From contig NC_057718.1 of the NCBI RefSeq assembly GCF_004010195.1, positions 87,168,139 to 87,232,138 of the forward strand: a stretch of DNA of 64,000 nucleotides. The letters are read 5' to 3'. The notes beneath the pieces were generated by a model. It made no database searches and was not told the origin of the DNA. It was given only the letters and a program-made list of their open reading frames with translations. Positions 23,670 through 36,566 of this stretch are shown piece by piece. Origin of the DNA: Chiloscyllium plagiosum (lineage: Eukaryota). Both the position numbers and the translations under genes were made by a program. Numbering within the stretch: position 1 is the first letter of the stretch; each line of letters starts with the position of its first letter.

Positions 23670-26150
23670 TGTTCCTTTTCTCAAGGATACTGTCCTTGAT
23701 CTTTTTCAGAGGGGTAATAAACCAGGTCGGGCTCCAATCAGAATGGTTTGATATAGAAATGAAAAGGACTTTGAGAAGCCTTTTGTTTATATGTAAACAG
23801 ATGAGACTTCAGGCCAAAGTGGTCATGTTTTAGAAGTGACCTGTATAAAGAGAGGAGAGTGGTCAGCTCTCTAGCTGAGCAGTTCAGCCCAGAACAAGTT
23901 GGGAGTTCATCAGTAAGCTGTGTGGAAACGGATTCTCTGTCTCTCCTTCTGCCCTTCTAACTTCAACCTGTAAGCATTTGTTCCCGTTGTACTGTGTTTT
24001 AAAGGGGGTTTGCTTATTGGGACTGTTGTGTATATTTGGAACAGCATAATTAAGTCTAGTTTGGATAGACTGAGTTCTGGGGTTCTTTATTCTGTTCTTG
24101 TGTTTCATTATGTAATTTTGTGAATAGATTTTTGTCTGTTTAAAAACCTGGTAGTCAGCTTCGCTAACTTACTCCGGATAATTTTCACGGTACACTTACC
24201 GAAACAAATTGCAAAGTTATTTTTAGCTCTGCTAAGCTGACTGAGTTACACAGAAAGATGAGAACTTAAAACAGTTGTATCAAAAAGCATATACAGAGAA
24301 GGAGAGTGAATGCATCCCTGTGTGTTATTACTTAACAAATGACGTCTTAATGAGGAAATGGAGACCATCACACATTCAAGCAGATGATTAATGGGCAGAG
24401 AATCATCAAATTGTTTTGCCAGTAGGGTATAGAAAGGAAGTGCTGCGAGTGGCGCATGAGCTACCACTTGGAGGTCATTTAGGGGTTAGGAAAACACAGA
24501 CTGAAATACAAAGATATTTTTACTGACCTAGACTACACAAGGTTGTAGGCAAAAGTGAGGACTGTAGATGCTGGAGATTAGAATCGAGACTGGTGCTGGA
24601 AAAGCACAGCAGGTCAGGCAGCATCCGAGGAGCAGGAAAATTGACATTTCAGGCAAAAGCCCTTCATAGCACAGCAGGTCAGGCAGCATCCGAGGAGCAG
24701 GAAAATTGACATTTCAGGCAAAAGCCCTTCATCAGGAGGTTGTAATTGAATTTTGCCAGACACATCATACATGTCAGCTAATCAGAAAACCACAGGCAGT
24801 AATAAAGCCTGCACCTTTAATACCTATTCCAGCATTTGAGGAACCTTTCACAAGAGTCTTGATTGATTGCATAGGTCCCCTACCTCAAACAAAAAGTGGG
24901 AATAAGTATTTATTAGCAATATTGGATGTGTTGACTAGATTTCCAGAGGCAATCCCATTATGCAATATCACAGCAAAAGGGTTGTAGAAGAATTACTTAA
25001 TATTTCTTTACTAGATACGGACTAACAATAGAGATCCAGTCAGATCAAGGATCAAACTTCACATCCAACCTATTCAAGGAGATTATGGATAATTTGGGAA
25101 TAAAGCAATTTAAATCTACTGCGTACCATCCTGAATTGAAGAGAGCGCTAGAGTGATGTCATCAGACATTAAAGACCATGTTGATGGCTTATGGTCAGGA
25201 TTATCCAGATGATTGGGATAAGGGAGTTCCGTTTGTACTTTTTGCAATCAGAAATGCACCAAATAAATCAACCAAATTCAGTCCATTTTGAAGTAATTTT
25301 TGGGCATGAAGTAAGAGGACTGTTAAAATTGATTAATGAGAAATTAATAAGTCAGAATTCAGAGACCACCCATTTGGACTATGTGTCACATTTTAGAGAA
25401 CGATTAAATAGAGCTGGAGAGTTGGCTGGAGAGCATTTAAAAGTATCACAGCATACAATGAAACAAGAAGTGAATAAGAAATCACAAATTCGCAATTTTG
25501 CAATTGGGGATAAGGTATTGGTGTTACTTCCAGTAACAGGTGAGCCTTTAAAAGCAAGGTTTCGTGGACCTTATCAAATCGAGAGGAAATTGAGTAAGGT
25601 GAACTACGTGAGAAGGACTTCAGACAGGAAGAAGTCTCAAAAATGTGTATTGTGGATATGCTCAAAAGGTATTTTGATAGAGAAGGAAAGCAAGAGGAGA
25701 AGGTGTTAATGATTACAGCACAGAAGGATGAACCAAGTTCAGAGGATTCTGAATTGGACATTCCTCAAATCAAATTGGACAATGAGGAAGTTGGGTTAAA
25801 TTGTTGAGTTACCTTCCACAAGAAAATTCAAATGACCTGGAAGAGTTATTATTATCACATGGGGAGATATGCGGAATTAAACTGAGAAGTGCTAACCTAA
25901 TTGTACATGATGCAGATATAGGAGATGCTGTTCCAATTAAGCAACATCCTTATAGGCATAACCCTCTAAAGTTGGCACAGGTTCAGAAGGAGATGGAGTG
26001 CATGCTCCAGGTAGCATAATCAAAGTGAGCTACAATGACTGGAGCTCACCCATAGTCATGGTGCCAAAGCCAGATGGTATCCACTGGTTATGTGTGGGCT
26101 GTCGCAAAGTCAATACCATTATAAAGTGGAACTTTTCCAATTTCCACCTT
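23670..26150 (+). mobile_element. Decayed Ty3/gypsy LTR retrotransposon, Gmr1-like order (LTR-like segment, integrase, then RT start)
   Basis: AHELPLGGHLG..C..CQ zinc finger, EPFTRVLIDCIGPLP, QSDQGSNF, GPY motif, then IKQHPYR...WSSPIVMVPKPDG; stops and frameshifts; LTR boundaries approximate. Confidence 0.85.
24548..24736 (-). mobile_element. Penelope-derived terminal unit inserted in the integrase, with 65-bp internal tandem duplication
   Basis: 8-bp TSD aggttgta (24540-24547, 24737-24744); 24603-24667 repeated at 24668-24732. Confidence 0.85.
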
Positions 26151-26472
26151 TGCTAGAAACAAGTATAGCCTGGCAAAGCCTAAAATACAGTTAGCGAGTA
26201 GGAGAACTCAGTGTGGGAATTCACTCTGTGTTCCCTCGAACATTTTCATTTATTGCAATTTTAACCTTTTAATGGGGAACAAGTAGTAATAATCTATCAA
26301 TGTCGTTTTTGCTGTGCTGCATAAATGAATCTCATTGATCCACCAAGTACTTGAAATCTCTGCAGTTTGTAATTTTTATTCGTTTGTAAAAATGAAAGGT
26401 TTATGCACAAATTGCATACCCCAGTCAGTTGCCTGATCATTCATGTTATATTAATAATCTGGCATCCCACAG

Positions 26473-26581
26473 GTTCACAAATACATTATTCAAGCATCAA
26501 TTCTTTACAGAAGCTGGCCACTAACTGAAAGTGAATTAGCTTTTGCTGAATCGCAGAAGGATATGGACATCGAACTTGCAG
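26473..26581 (+). CDS. ADGB: Androglobin exon, VHKYIIQASILYRSWPLTESELAFAESQKDMDIELA
   Basis: cccacag acceptor, gtaaag donor; 109 nt, phase 0-1; KYIIQ..SWPLTES motif. Confidence 0.94.
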
Positions 26582-27094
26582 GTAAAGTAACATACTGTCA
26601 TTCTGATCATTTACTTGGAGGAACAGATGTGCATTGCAAAATGCCAAGTAGTAGCAAGTTTAATTCCTGCATTGTTTTCGTCTCTGAAGCTTACAATTGT
26701 GCAAAAACAGGTAAAATCTGTAATCCTACCTCTCGATAATTTATAAAACAAATCAAATTTACCAGTCCTATTGCAGTTGGAAGCTCTCTGACTTGGCTTG
26801 TTAAAGTGTCACATTTCCACCTGTTCTTCAGCTCTTTCATGAAAACATGAGGTTGCAATGGCAATCATTCTCTAATGAACATGATTGTCTACCTAGGAAA
26901 TTCTGTGTCACTGGTTATGCATTCTATTGGTCTTTGGATAGCTGATGAACCCAATACTAGAACTGCATCTCTGACTACATATTTGGTAGGTGTTTCCAGG
27001 AGGTGGAATTGGACCTTGGCCTTGACATCATTGGCATTCCTTTCTTCAGCTGTTTTTCCATACTTATTATTGCTGTCAGATGTTCTCAAAAATT

Positions 27095-27416
27095 CATAGA
27101 ATCATAGAATCCCTACGGTGTGAAGGCAGGCTGTTCAGCCCATTGAGTCCACACTGACCCTCTGAAGACCATCCCACCCAGATGTACTACTTCCCTGTAT
27201 TTCCTATGGCTAATCCACTTGGATGCTATGGGCAATTTAGTTCGGCCAATCCATGTAACTTGGACTGTGGGAAGAAACCAGAATACCTGGAGGAAACCTA
27301 TGAAGACACAGGTAGGGTGTGCAAACTCCACACAGACAATCGCCCAAGGTGAAATTGAACATGTGTCCCTGGTGCTCTGAGGCAGCAGTACTAACCACTG
27401 AGCCACCATGCCACCC
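27095..27416 (-). mobile_element. HE1-like SINE
   Basis: catagaat tail repeats, head ...gagccaccatgccaccc. Confidence 0.8.
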
Positions 27417-27419
27417 TTC

Positions 27420-29930
27420 CTACAGGGATTGTATACCTTCACACAAGAGTTTCCTCCAAATCAGTTTATTCTGAACGAGGATATCCTATGCATTGATATC
27501 TATGTTGTATTTCTTGAAATAAGTCTCAGGGAGTGTTTGAAACACGACCTCTGTCCTTCTCTTGTTAAAGTACCTTCCTTGAGATTGGCAAAAAAGATTT
27601 GCTTTAATAGTCAGAACTAGTGGCCGGCCCAGCGGAGTTGGTTTTGGATAATCATGGCCTTGATACTGGTGCTGTTAGCTGCTTCAAGGACACTAATGTT
27701 AGCATACCTATCCTCCCAGTAGATGTAGAGAATCCATCTCAAACAATGCTGATGATACTTCTCAAGGGTCTTGAGGTGGTGTCTATACATAGTCCAAGTT
27801 ATGGAGCCGTACAGAAGAACCGGAATGATGATTGCCTTGTACACAAGGATCTTAGTGTCAGCATGGATATCACAATCATCAAACATTCTCATCCTTAGGG
27901 GTCCAAAGGTGGCACTCGCAGATTTGATGCAATATTATATCTCCACCTCATTGTCAGCCTTAGGCGAGAGGTAGCTTCCCAGGTACGGGAAATGTTTCAG
28001 AGGATTTCTCCATTAATCTCAATGGAGAGATTGACCAGAACCTGACCTGGAACTAGATGGTAAAGGATTTAAATGTTTTTGAAGTTGAAGCTAAGACAAA
28101 TTCTTTGGTCTGCTTCCACGAGCACTTTAAGTGAGGCTTGAGAATTCGCTTCTGAGAGAGCAGAGATGACATTGTCATTTGCAAATTGAAGTTCCACAAG
28201 CAAGACAGTGTTGTTTTCACTTTGGATTTCAAACAGTTGTGGTTGAAAAGTTTTTCATCCATCTTGTAGACAATCTCCACAATACAGGGAAGCTTGTTCT
28301 TGATAAGATGAAGAGTGTTAGGGATGAAGTTGAAGAAAAGGGTGGAGGCGATGGCACATCCAGCTTGACCCCTGTCTTGACCTCAGGATTTTGTCATATC
28401 ATCATTGGTGAGGATTGTCATCACATTCCTGTCATGTAGGAGACACAGGATGTTGATGAATTTCTCTGATAACCTAGCCTTTGACAGGATCTTCCTTAGC
28501 ACTTCCCAATTGACTGAGTCAGAGGCTATGGTCAGGTTGATGAAAACCACATAGAGTGTGGTGTTGTTCCTGACATTTGTCTTGGACTTGGCAAGCAGTG
28601 AAGATCATGTCTATCGTTGCACTCTTTGGTCAGAAACCACACTGTCTTCCCAAAACTGGGAGAAGGAGCTGAGTGAGGATTCAGGCAGTATTCTTCCAGT
28701 GATGGAGAATAGGGAGATTCCTTTGTAATTCCCAGTACACCTTGTCTCCTTTGTTGAAGACAGTGGCAATGGCAGCATTCCTGAGATTGGCAGAGATTTT
28801 GTCTTTTTGTCCCAGATTTTAAGTAGCAGTTGATGAAGATGAAGGGTAAGCTCTGCTCCTCCAATTTTCAAAATCTCTACTGGAATCCCATCTACTCCTA
28901 CAGCTTCTCTATTCTTCATGTGTTTAACGGAGGCTTCAGCTTCTGCCACACTAGTTGGGAGTCCAAGATCATCTTTGATAGGATGTTGGGGATGTCTTCA
29001 AATACATGCTCAATGATTGTTTCATGGTGTAGGAGTTCTTTGAAGTGTTCTCTCCATTGGAAACTGATGTTTTCTCTGAATCTGAAAAGGGTGTCATACT
29101 TCCTCCACACCAGTTGAGGCTAATGGTTTTGAGTCCATATATTGCCTTTATGGCACTGAAGAAACCCCGGATGTCGTGTTTATCAATAAGGAGTTGCAGA
29201 TACTTTCTCAGTCTACCATTGCCTTTTATTTCCCTAGTTCCTCTTTGTAACTTGGATTTTGCTGTTTGGTGATAGCTCCTGTTTGCCTCACTCGTGGCGA
29301 TGTTTGCCAGACATGGAGAGCTTTCCTCTTCTTGTCAATGATGTGGTCATTCTCATTGAACCAGTCTTGGTAATTCTTGATCTTGTGGCCAAAGGTTTCT
29401 TTACAGCATGAGATGATGGCTATCTTCAGCTCTTTCCAGATTTCCTTTATCCCAATAAAATTAACTCTGGCAATTTTGGTGAAGACATTGTTAAAAGTTT
29501 GCTAGTCTGCTTGGCTCTTGAAGCAGCTCAATGTTAAGATGTTTTTCTGAACTCTTTATTCAGCTGCTTCTGGTAGTATTTAATGAACACTGGGGAGCAG
29601 ATGAATCGGTTGACTGTCTAGCAGTCATCTGCATTGATCATTGCTTTGGTAATGAGGACATATGTTAGGTCTCGGGATCAAACAGTGGCATAATCGATCA
29701 TGTGCGAGTCCTTTGATTGTAGACGCGTCCAAGAAGTCTTGAACCTTTGGTGGAACAATGTGTTCGTGATAATCAGTTGGTGTTCTGCATATTTGGTGAG
29801 GAGGAGAATCCCATTGGTGTTGTAATTCCCAACTCCTTCCTTTCCAGTGATTCTTTTCCAGAATTGTGTATCTGGCATTGAAATCTGAAAGGAGGATAAT
29901 TTTATCTTCCTTAAAGATGTTGGCGCTATA
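27420..29930 (-). mobile_element. Decayed RTE-clade LINE
   Basis: GKEGVGNYNTNGILLL..LIITNTLF (APE), AVGVDGIPVEILK (RT N-terminus), YKAIIIPVLLYGSITWT..LRWAGH (RTE C-terminus). Confidence 0.85.
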
Positions 29931-30037
29931 TCAGAATCTGATGTCAGTATTTTAAAATGGCAAAATCCAATTTACCAGTCCTACTACAGCTGGAGTCTCT
30001 CTGACACAGCTTGTTCAATAGGACTCCATCCCTTCAG

Positions 30038-30211
30038 CTAGGCAAAAGTGAGGACTGCAGATGCTGGAAACCAGAATTTAGATCAGCGTGATGCTGGAAA
30101 AGCACAGCAGTCAGACAGCATCCGAGGAGCAGGAAAATCGACGTTTCAGGCAAAAGCCCTTCCTGTTGAAGGGCTTTTGCCTGAAACGTCGACTTTCCTG
30201 CTCCTCGGATG
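30038..30211. mobile_element. Short Penelope-derived insertion with terminal palindrome and hammerhead-like core
   Basis: 14-bp TSD ctccatcccttcag (30024-30037, 30212-30225); arms 30117-30162 and 30168-30213; + strand CTGTTGA-A-GGGC-TTTT-GCCT-GAAACGTC. Confidence 0.85.
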
Positions 30212-30369
30212 CTCCATCCCTTCAGTTGTTGTCTGCTCCTAAATGATCCTTTCCACTATGAATTGACAATGCCTGCCATATTTCCCCCACTCTCAGGCAT
30301 CACTCAAGCTCATATGATGTTCTCAATTTCAAGCTCATCAATCACTCTTACCTCATTTACTACCAGTGA

Positions 30370-30686
30370 CAAGGTGGCTCAGTGATTAGCACTGCTGTCT
30401 CACAGTGCCAGGGACCTCGAGTCGATTCCAGCCTTGGGTAACAGTCTTTGTCAAAATTGCATGTCTGCATGGGTTTCTTCCAGGTGCTCTGGTTTCCTCC
30501 CAGAGTCCGAAGATGTGCGGGTTAGGTTACTCATAGTATCCAGGAATGTACAGGCTAGCCCGGTTAGCCGTGGGAAATGCAGGGATAAAGTAAGAGGTTG
30601 AGTCTGTGTAGGATGTTCTTTGGAGGGTTGGTGTGGACTCAATTTGCCAAATGGCCTGCTTTCACTCTGTAAGGATTCTATGATTT
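30370..30686 (+). mobile_element. HE1-related SINE (variant body)
   Basis: ggtggctcagtgattagcactgctg head; tail ttcactctgtaaggattctatgatt. Confidence 0.75.
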
Positions 30687-31089
30687 CATTTTGGAGCTTC
30701 ATTGCCTGTTTGTCTATTCTCACCCTTTGGCATCTTCCATGCCTGCTCACCTACTTTTACCTTACCAATCTCTATATCCCAAAAGTTGTTTTTGATCTAA
30801 TCTGTACTGTACTTGCCCTGCCTTTTGACCTACACTAAAACCAGTTTATTCTTGATTCTTCACCTGTCTCAAACTGTAATCAAATCATTAGTTAACATGC
30901 TTACTGCACTGAAAATAAATTGCAATCAATAAGTGGGTTGAAGAGCGTATGCATTATAGTACCAGCAGGGGAAGCGGAATAAATTGTAGGTGGATAAGGA
31001 AGATTTGGGAAGCGAGGGTTTGAAATGAAGTGCAAAACTAATGAGAGCAAATGACAATCAAAATATCAGATAAAGAAGCTCATGGTGAT

Positions 31090-31505
31090 GAGGCACTTCT
31101 GGCCAGCCTCCCATTTCCTACTCTTAGTAAACCTCAGCTCATTCAAAATTCTTCCATCTGTATCTTAACCTATACCAACTGTTGTTCACACAGCATCATT
31201 GTGTTGCTGACTTTTACTGGAGTCTGGTCCAGCAACGCCTTGCTTTTAAAATTTTCAACTTTGCATTCAAATTCTACCCATGCCCCACATTGTAACCCTC
31301 TCCAACCCTGATTTGCTCTAGGACCTCTGCATTCATCCATTTTTAGTATTTTCTGCATCGCAGATTTCCTTTGCCCCATCACTGACAGCTGCACCTTTAG
31401 AATTCCTATCCTAAACCGCATCATGTCTCGGAATTCCTCTCTTCTAAAGCTCTTCTGAAGATCTAGGGATGCCATATAGATACAATATAAATGCAAGTTA
31501 TTGTT
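31090..31505 (+). mobile_element. Old L2-type LINE 3' end
   Basis: Decayed C-terminal coding remnant and ...tataaatgcaagttattgtt tail. Confidence 0.55.
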
Positions 31506-32227
31506 TTAAAGCCCTATAGTGACTACATTTGTTTTCTTTCTCAAATGATTTTTCCTGAACATGTTGATGTTAACATCACATACTAAGGCAGAGTTGGGCA
31601 TGAAGAGCAACTATTTTGCATTTTTGCTGCTCAACTACAAGTGTACCACCTGTGATGAGCAATATAAATGGAACAAATCCATCCACCTTGATTTATAGTG
31701 ATTTTCAATTGAAACTATTTGACTAAAATGCTTGGAACAATGAAGTAATTCATCCTACAAACAGACAGGAGTAATTTATTTGTCGGTTTCTGATAAATTG
31801 GATTATTTAACATGACTTCCATAGATTATGGCGACTGTGGCTTTTTTTTTGCATCTGTTCACAAACATTTTAGAGGTATAGTATACATAATAGTCAAAAG
31901 GGACCAAGGGCATTTCTCTGGACCCACTTTTCCACAAAACCACCACAATTGTCAGTACCCGTAGAACCCACCTCTTCCTAGTTTTTCACCCCAAAATCTT
32001 ATCCAGGCATTACATTCACTTCTATCGCTTACAGTCACTGTTCTATTTCAAGCAACTGACCACTGCATTTTTCCTATCCTCCACTTAATTTGCATTCCTC
32101 TATCTTTAAGACTACACCAACATTTCCACTCACATCTCATTCCTATGTGCTCTTCAATCCCAGTATCCTTCAGTTGTTTGTTTTCCAAGAGGCATACATC
32201 TTACAAGTGGAGAAATATGGTAGTGAT

Positions 32228-33001
32228 TGTAGCAAGGTCAGTGAGGTGGACCTCATATAATATGAGTTCATCTGATTAGGGCTGTTAATCTGGTCCAATC
32301 AAGGAGCCCTGCCTGACAGATAAGAACAGGAGTGTTGTATGCACTTTTTGTTACGTAACTGGATTGGCTTTTTATGTACAAATGTCATTGTTGTTGTCTT
32401 GTAATATGTGAAACTGGGATTTGAGGTTTGTCCTCATCTCTCTGTAAACTGGTTGAACGGTAGGGTTTGGGGCCTGGCTTTGCGGCTCCTCTCCCTTGTA
32501 AAATTGCTATTGTATACAGCTGTAAATGTCAACTGTTTTTTGTAAACTGTTCTGTAATTGTTTAATAAAATTAAAGAAAAAGAAAAGGAGTGTCAGTGCA
32601 GTTAGACGGTAGTGTGGGGGTTTTAAAAAAAAACAGAAGTGTCAGATATTCTGCTCATTCTGAGAAAAAAATCAGGAGTATCACATGACATGGATGCTGG
32701 GGCAAAATAAGCACTATCGCTGTTAGGCAGTGGTGTGGGGAAAATTTAAAAAAAACAAATCCTGTGAGAGCTGGCTGTAGAAAAAAAAGGAGTGTGAGAG
32801 GTTCTGTTCACTCAGAGGGAGCTGGATCAGAGGGAGCTGGATCAGTGTTAAGGACTCTCCATAAAAATAGAACAGGACTGTCAGACATCCTGCTCACTCT
32901 GAGAGCTTATTCTGAGGAAACTGGATCACTGTCAAGGACTCTCCATGTGTAAATCAAGAGTGAATTGGTGATGTATTACCAGCCCCTGTGGGGTTATTTC
33001 A
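32228..33001 (+). mobile_element. LTR-like element with nested LTR-like piece and internal repeats
   Basis: tgta...tttca ends; related inverted copy near 17380-17607. Confidence 0.5.
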
Positions 33002-33349
33002 AGTAGCATTAGAGGCACTTAAGCAACTCCAAGGAAAACTCCTGACATAATTTCTCAAGTGAATCAAGCTGGTCACCTGCTCCAATGGTTGGATGATTCG
33101 TAATTGTTTCAAAGAAGTGAAGACTGGAAAAGTTAGGCAATATGCTTTCCTACTTATAATACTTTCCTTCATGTTTAGATCCACTTTATATTGAATCTAT
33201 ATATATACAGAACAACTTTGATTACCTGAACGAGACGGGCGGGGAGTATTTTGTTTGGATGACGGTTTTACGGGACCTTGAGATCTTGTTTGGATAATCC
33301 GAAATTTGGATAATTGACATTACGGATAACCAAATTTATTTTTACGAAA

Positions 33350-33628
33350 CTGTCTGTGTAGAGTTTGCACATTCTCCCCATGTCTGCGTGAGTTTCCACC
33401 GGGTGCTCCAGTTTCCTCTCACAATCCAAGGATGTGCAGGTTCAATGAATTGGCCATGTTAAATTGCCCATAATGTTCAGGGATGTGTAGGTTAGGTGCA
33501 TTAGTCAGGGGTAAATGTACAGTAGTAAGGGAATGGGTCTGGATGGGCTACTGTTTGGAGGGTCGGTGTGGACATGTTGGGCCAAAGAGCTTGCTCCCAT
33601 GCTGTAGGGATTCTATCGTTCTATCATT
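33350..33628 (+). mobile_element. HE1-like SINE, 5' truncated, abutting a partial Tigger MITE (33208-33335)
   Basis: HE1 body and tail; MITE matches 59874-60046. Confidence 0.7.
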
Positions 33629-34302
33629 CTTGAGTTTTATTTTTCTTAACCTACAATGCCACCTATAGTATGAATTTGCCATTTCCTCTGCTCTGGGCTG
33701 AGTTGAAATAGTTCCAAACCTTAGATATCACTGATTAAATGAAAATAGGCATGCAAGAAATCTAAAAGTGAGTTTAATATTTTCAGTTGTGAATGGGGTC
33801 TTCAGTAATACTCAAACAAACCTGAAGAGAAATCAAGCAGAACCTGCCAAGGAATGTTTAAATGCTTGTATCCTTGATGTTAGTTGGTGTGACTTAATTT
33901 ATTTTAAGCATTTGAAGTGATCACATTTTTAAGATGGCTTTAGGTTGAGTAACTGGTGTCCACATGCCTGCCTGCAGCTCCCATCAGTATTCTAGGGTCC
34001 TTGCTGAGGATGGAAACATACATGTCAGCTACGTGAAAGTCAGACATCTCCTGCAGACTCAATTCAGCATATTTTCCAAGATCGCAACCCTCCCAACATA
34101 TGTTGTTTAAATCTTCACCTGACAACTGCTTATGTATAAATACAGAAAATCTTTGTTCTGAATAGTAAATTACTGTGACTTATTGTTCCAGTATTAAATA
34201 TCTGATTACTTATGCATAATGATTATCATGAAATGAGCTGAAAATATTGAGCATCCACATTGTCATTTTGTTCCTGTCGCTGTATGTACATTTGCTTTTA
34301 AG

Positions 34303-34433
34303 AGAGGACTATTGATTCTACTTTTCCTGACACTGAAGAGATAAAGCCCCAAACAGCCAAACATAGCAGGAAAGGAAAGGAGAAGGATAAAGGAGGGAAA
34401 GAGAAAAGTGCACCATCCAAGCCAGAGATTCCG
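34303..34433 (+). CDS. ADGB: Androglobin exon, (E)RTIDSTFPDTEEIKPQTAKHSRKGKEKDKGGKEKSAPSKPEIP
   Basis: ttttaag acceptor, gtacat donor; 131 nt, phase 1-0; RKGKEK motif. Confidence 0.87.
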
Positions 34434-35297
34434 GTACATTTTTTTAAAATGATCATCTTGTTCATTTGTGGAATGGAGGGAACATGGGGTTTTTGTCCTC
34501 TTAAAATACATTTCACAAGAAAAGGCCATCGGTGCTAAGTAAAGAACAAAGAACTGAAAACAACAAATTCTGGATGTCACAGCAGGTCAGGCAGCATCCG
34601 TGGAGATAGCACAAGCTAACGTTTTGAAGATGCTGCCCGACCTGCTGTGATTCGCGGTGTTTTTTTTATTTTCAGTACAGATTCCAGTATCTGTAGTAAC
34701 TTGTTCCTAAAGAGTGAAGAATTTGTGTTGATATGGTGCCTCTCATGATCTCAGGGCATTCCAAGGTGCTCAACAGACAATATGGATTTTTAATAGAAAA
34801 TCAATATGTATAATTATAATAGTAATACCACAGCCGATGTGTGAACAGCAAGTTCCCTTCAGAAAGCAATGTGATACTAACCAGATGATTAATTGTCGAA
34901 TAAAAATTGGGCCCTGCTTTGCTTCAAAACAGTACTCATAACGACTTTTGTACTGACGTGGGAGAGCATGCAAGGCCTTATTTGAGAAACAATTCCTCCA
35001 AAAGTACAGTACACCCTCATAGTGTCAGCATAGATGTTGGTACTCACATCTCAACAGTGAAATAGTAAAAATGTTCATTGGCTACACAGGGAGGAAATGA
35101 AATAGGAGCATAGGAGCAGAAAATAATACAGTTCCTCAAGTCTGTTCTCCTATTTAACATGATCAAGCACATCTTCAACCAAGTTCCAGATATATTAGTT
35201 CTCTTTTCTTTTTATCCCTTTTTATCATTAGATAACAAGAACTATAAGTAGTAAAAGGATAAATAGTTAATGCTGGTTTGAGGAGAGAAATTTGAAT

Positions 35298-35448
35298 AGA
35301 CTTTTAAAGATGATATAAGAAAGGTTTGGAGTGGTATGGACCAGGAGCAGGCAGTTGGGACCAGTTTAGTTTGAGACTTTTAAAGATGACATAAGAAAGG
35401 TTTGGAGTGGTATGGACCAGGAGCAGGCAGTTGGGACCAGTTAGTTTG
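35298..35448 (+). repeat. 76-bp tandem duplication inside a CR1 3' tail fragment
   Basis: agacttttaaagatga...ccagtttagtttg occurs at 35298 and 35374. Confidence 0.9.
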
Positions 35449-36404
35449 GGATTATTTTCAGCATGGACTGGTTGGATTGAAGGCTCTCTTTCTATGCTAA
35501 ATGACTCTATGACTCCCTGAGGAGAGAGTTATCATATAGGATGGTTTAGGATGAGTGCTAAGGCCTTGCTGAAAAACCTTCCACTGATTATTCTTTTAAG
35601 GGGAGAGGGTTGGAGGGTATTCATAAGAAACAACAAGAGAATATCAAAATACTTGAGCTTGGATTTATGGTGAGTTAGAACGAAATGGAGACCCTTATAG
35701 TAGGCCTGGCTCTGGAAAAAAGTTGCTATAGAGACTGGAGTAAATGGCCAGTGACTTTTCAGATTGGTTTTCTAGCTATGGTCCTCAAAATGTTAATATA
35801 AAAAGCAGTTTGGTTAATCATGTACAGCTGGTGTATGGGTAAAAAGGTAACCGTGGTCTTCTTTAGGATTTTGGAAGTCAAAGGAGCCATTTATAATTTT
35901 TCTGCAAATGATACAGTATTTTTACCTTTTTTTGCTTTCCCAGGAATTCTGGTTGTAGATGAGGTGGTGCACACGGTTACATTGATGATACAGAGCATAA
36001 ATGGTTTTATGGGCTTTCATTGCCATCTCTTTATGGCTTGCATTGTAATTTTGTACTAACAAAAGCAAAATGCAATAGATGCTAGATATTGAAAATTAAA
36101 ATAGAAAGTACTATAAGTATTAAGCAGGTCTGAAAACATCTGTGGAGAGAAACAAAGTTAACAATTGAGGTCATTGATCCATCACTGGCTCTGATCTACT
36201 CATCTTGTGGCTGAGCTCAAACTGATTCACATATTTTGTTACATTACCACAGTGATTACATTACAAAAGTCTACATTAGCAATTGAGATGATCTTCTTTT
36301 CATTTATTGTTCTTGTTTTAACCGTTCTCCTACTTACTGATGTTTAATAGGTATGTGTTGCAATATTTGATGTGGAAATTAACCGATTTTGTTTCATTTC
36401 TAAG

Positions 36405-36566
36405 GTGCAGCAAATTGATTTAACAAAACCTCACTTTACACTTCATTATGTCACTGAGTATGGTGAAAGTGATTGTTTTGACATCAAGAAAGACACCGAA
36501 CGACAAGATGAAATTCAGGCTATGAAACGAGCTTGGGAAGCTGCAGAACCTGGAAGGGCTTTCAAA
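36405..36566 (+). CDS. ADGB: Androglobin exon, VQQIDLTKPHFTLHYVTE...KKDTERQDEIQAMKRAWEAAEPGRAFK
   Basis: ttctaag acceptor, gtaatc donor; 162 nt, phase 0-0; KKDTER.DEI.AMK.AWE..EPGRA is a hallmark of ADGB. Confidence 0.96.

Noticed and set aside
24603..24732. CRISPR-like or regularly spaced repeat array (also 35298-35448, 51810-51836)
   Set aside because: Simple head-to-tail duplications without unique spacers, in a vertebrate context with no cas genes
33787..33878. Possible extra ADGB exon (tttcag ... gat|gttagt) with an open frame
   Set aside because: 92 nt would shift the frame; flanking exons already join in phase 1 and there is no recognisable ADGB similarity
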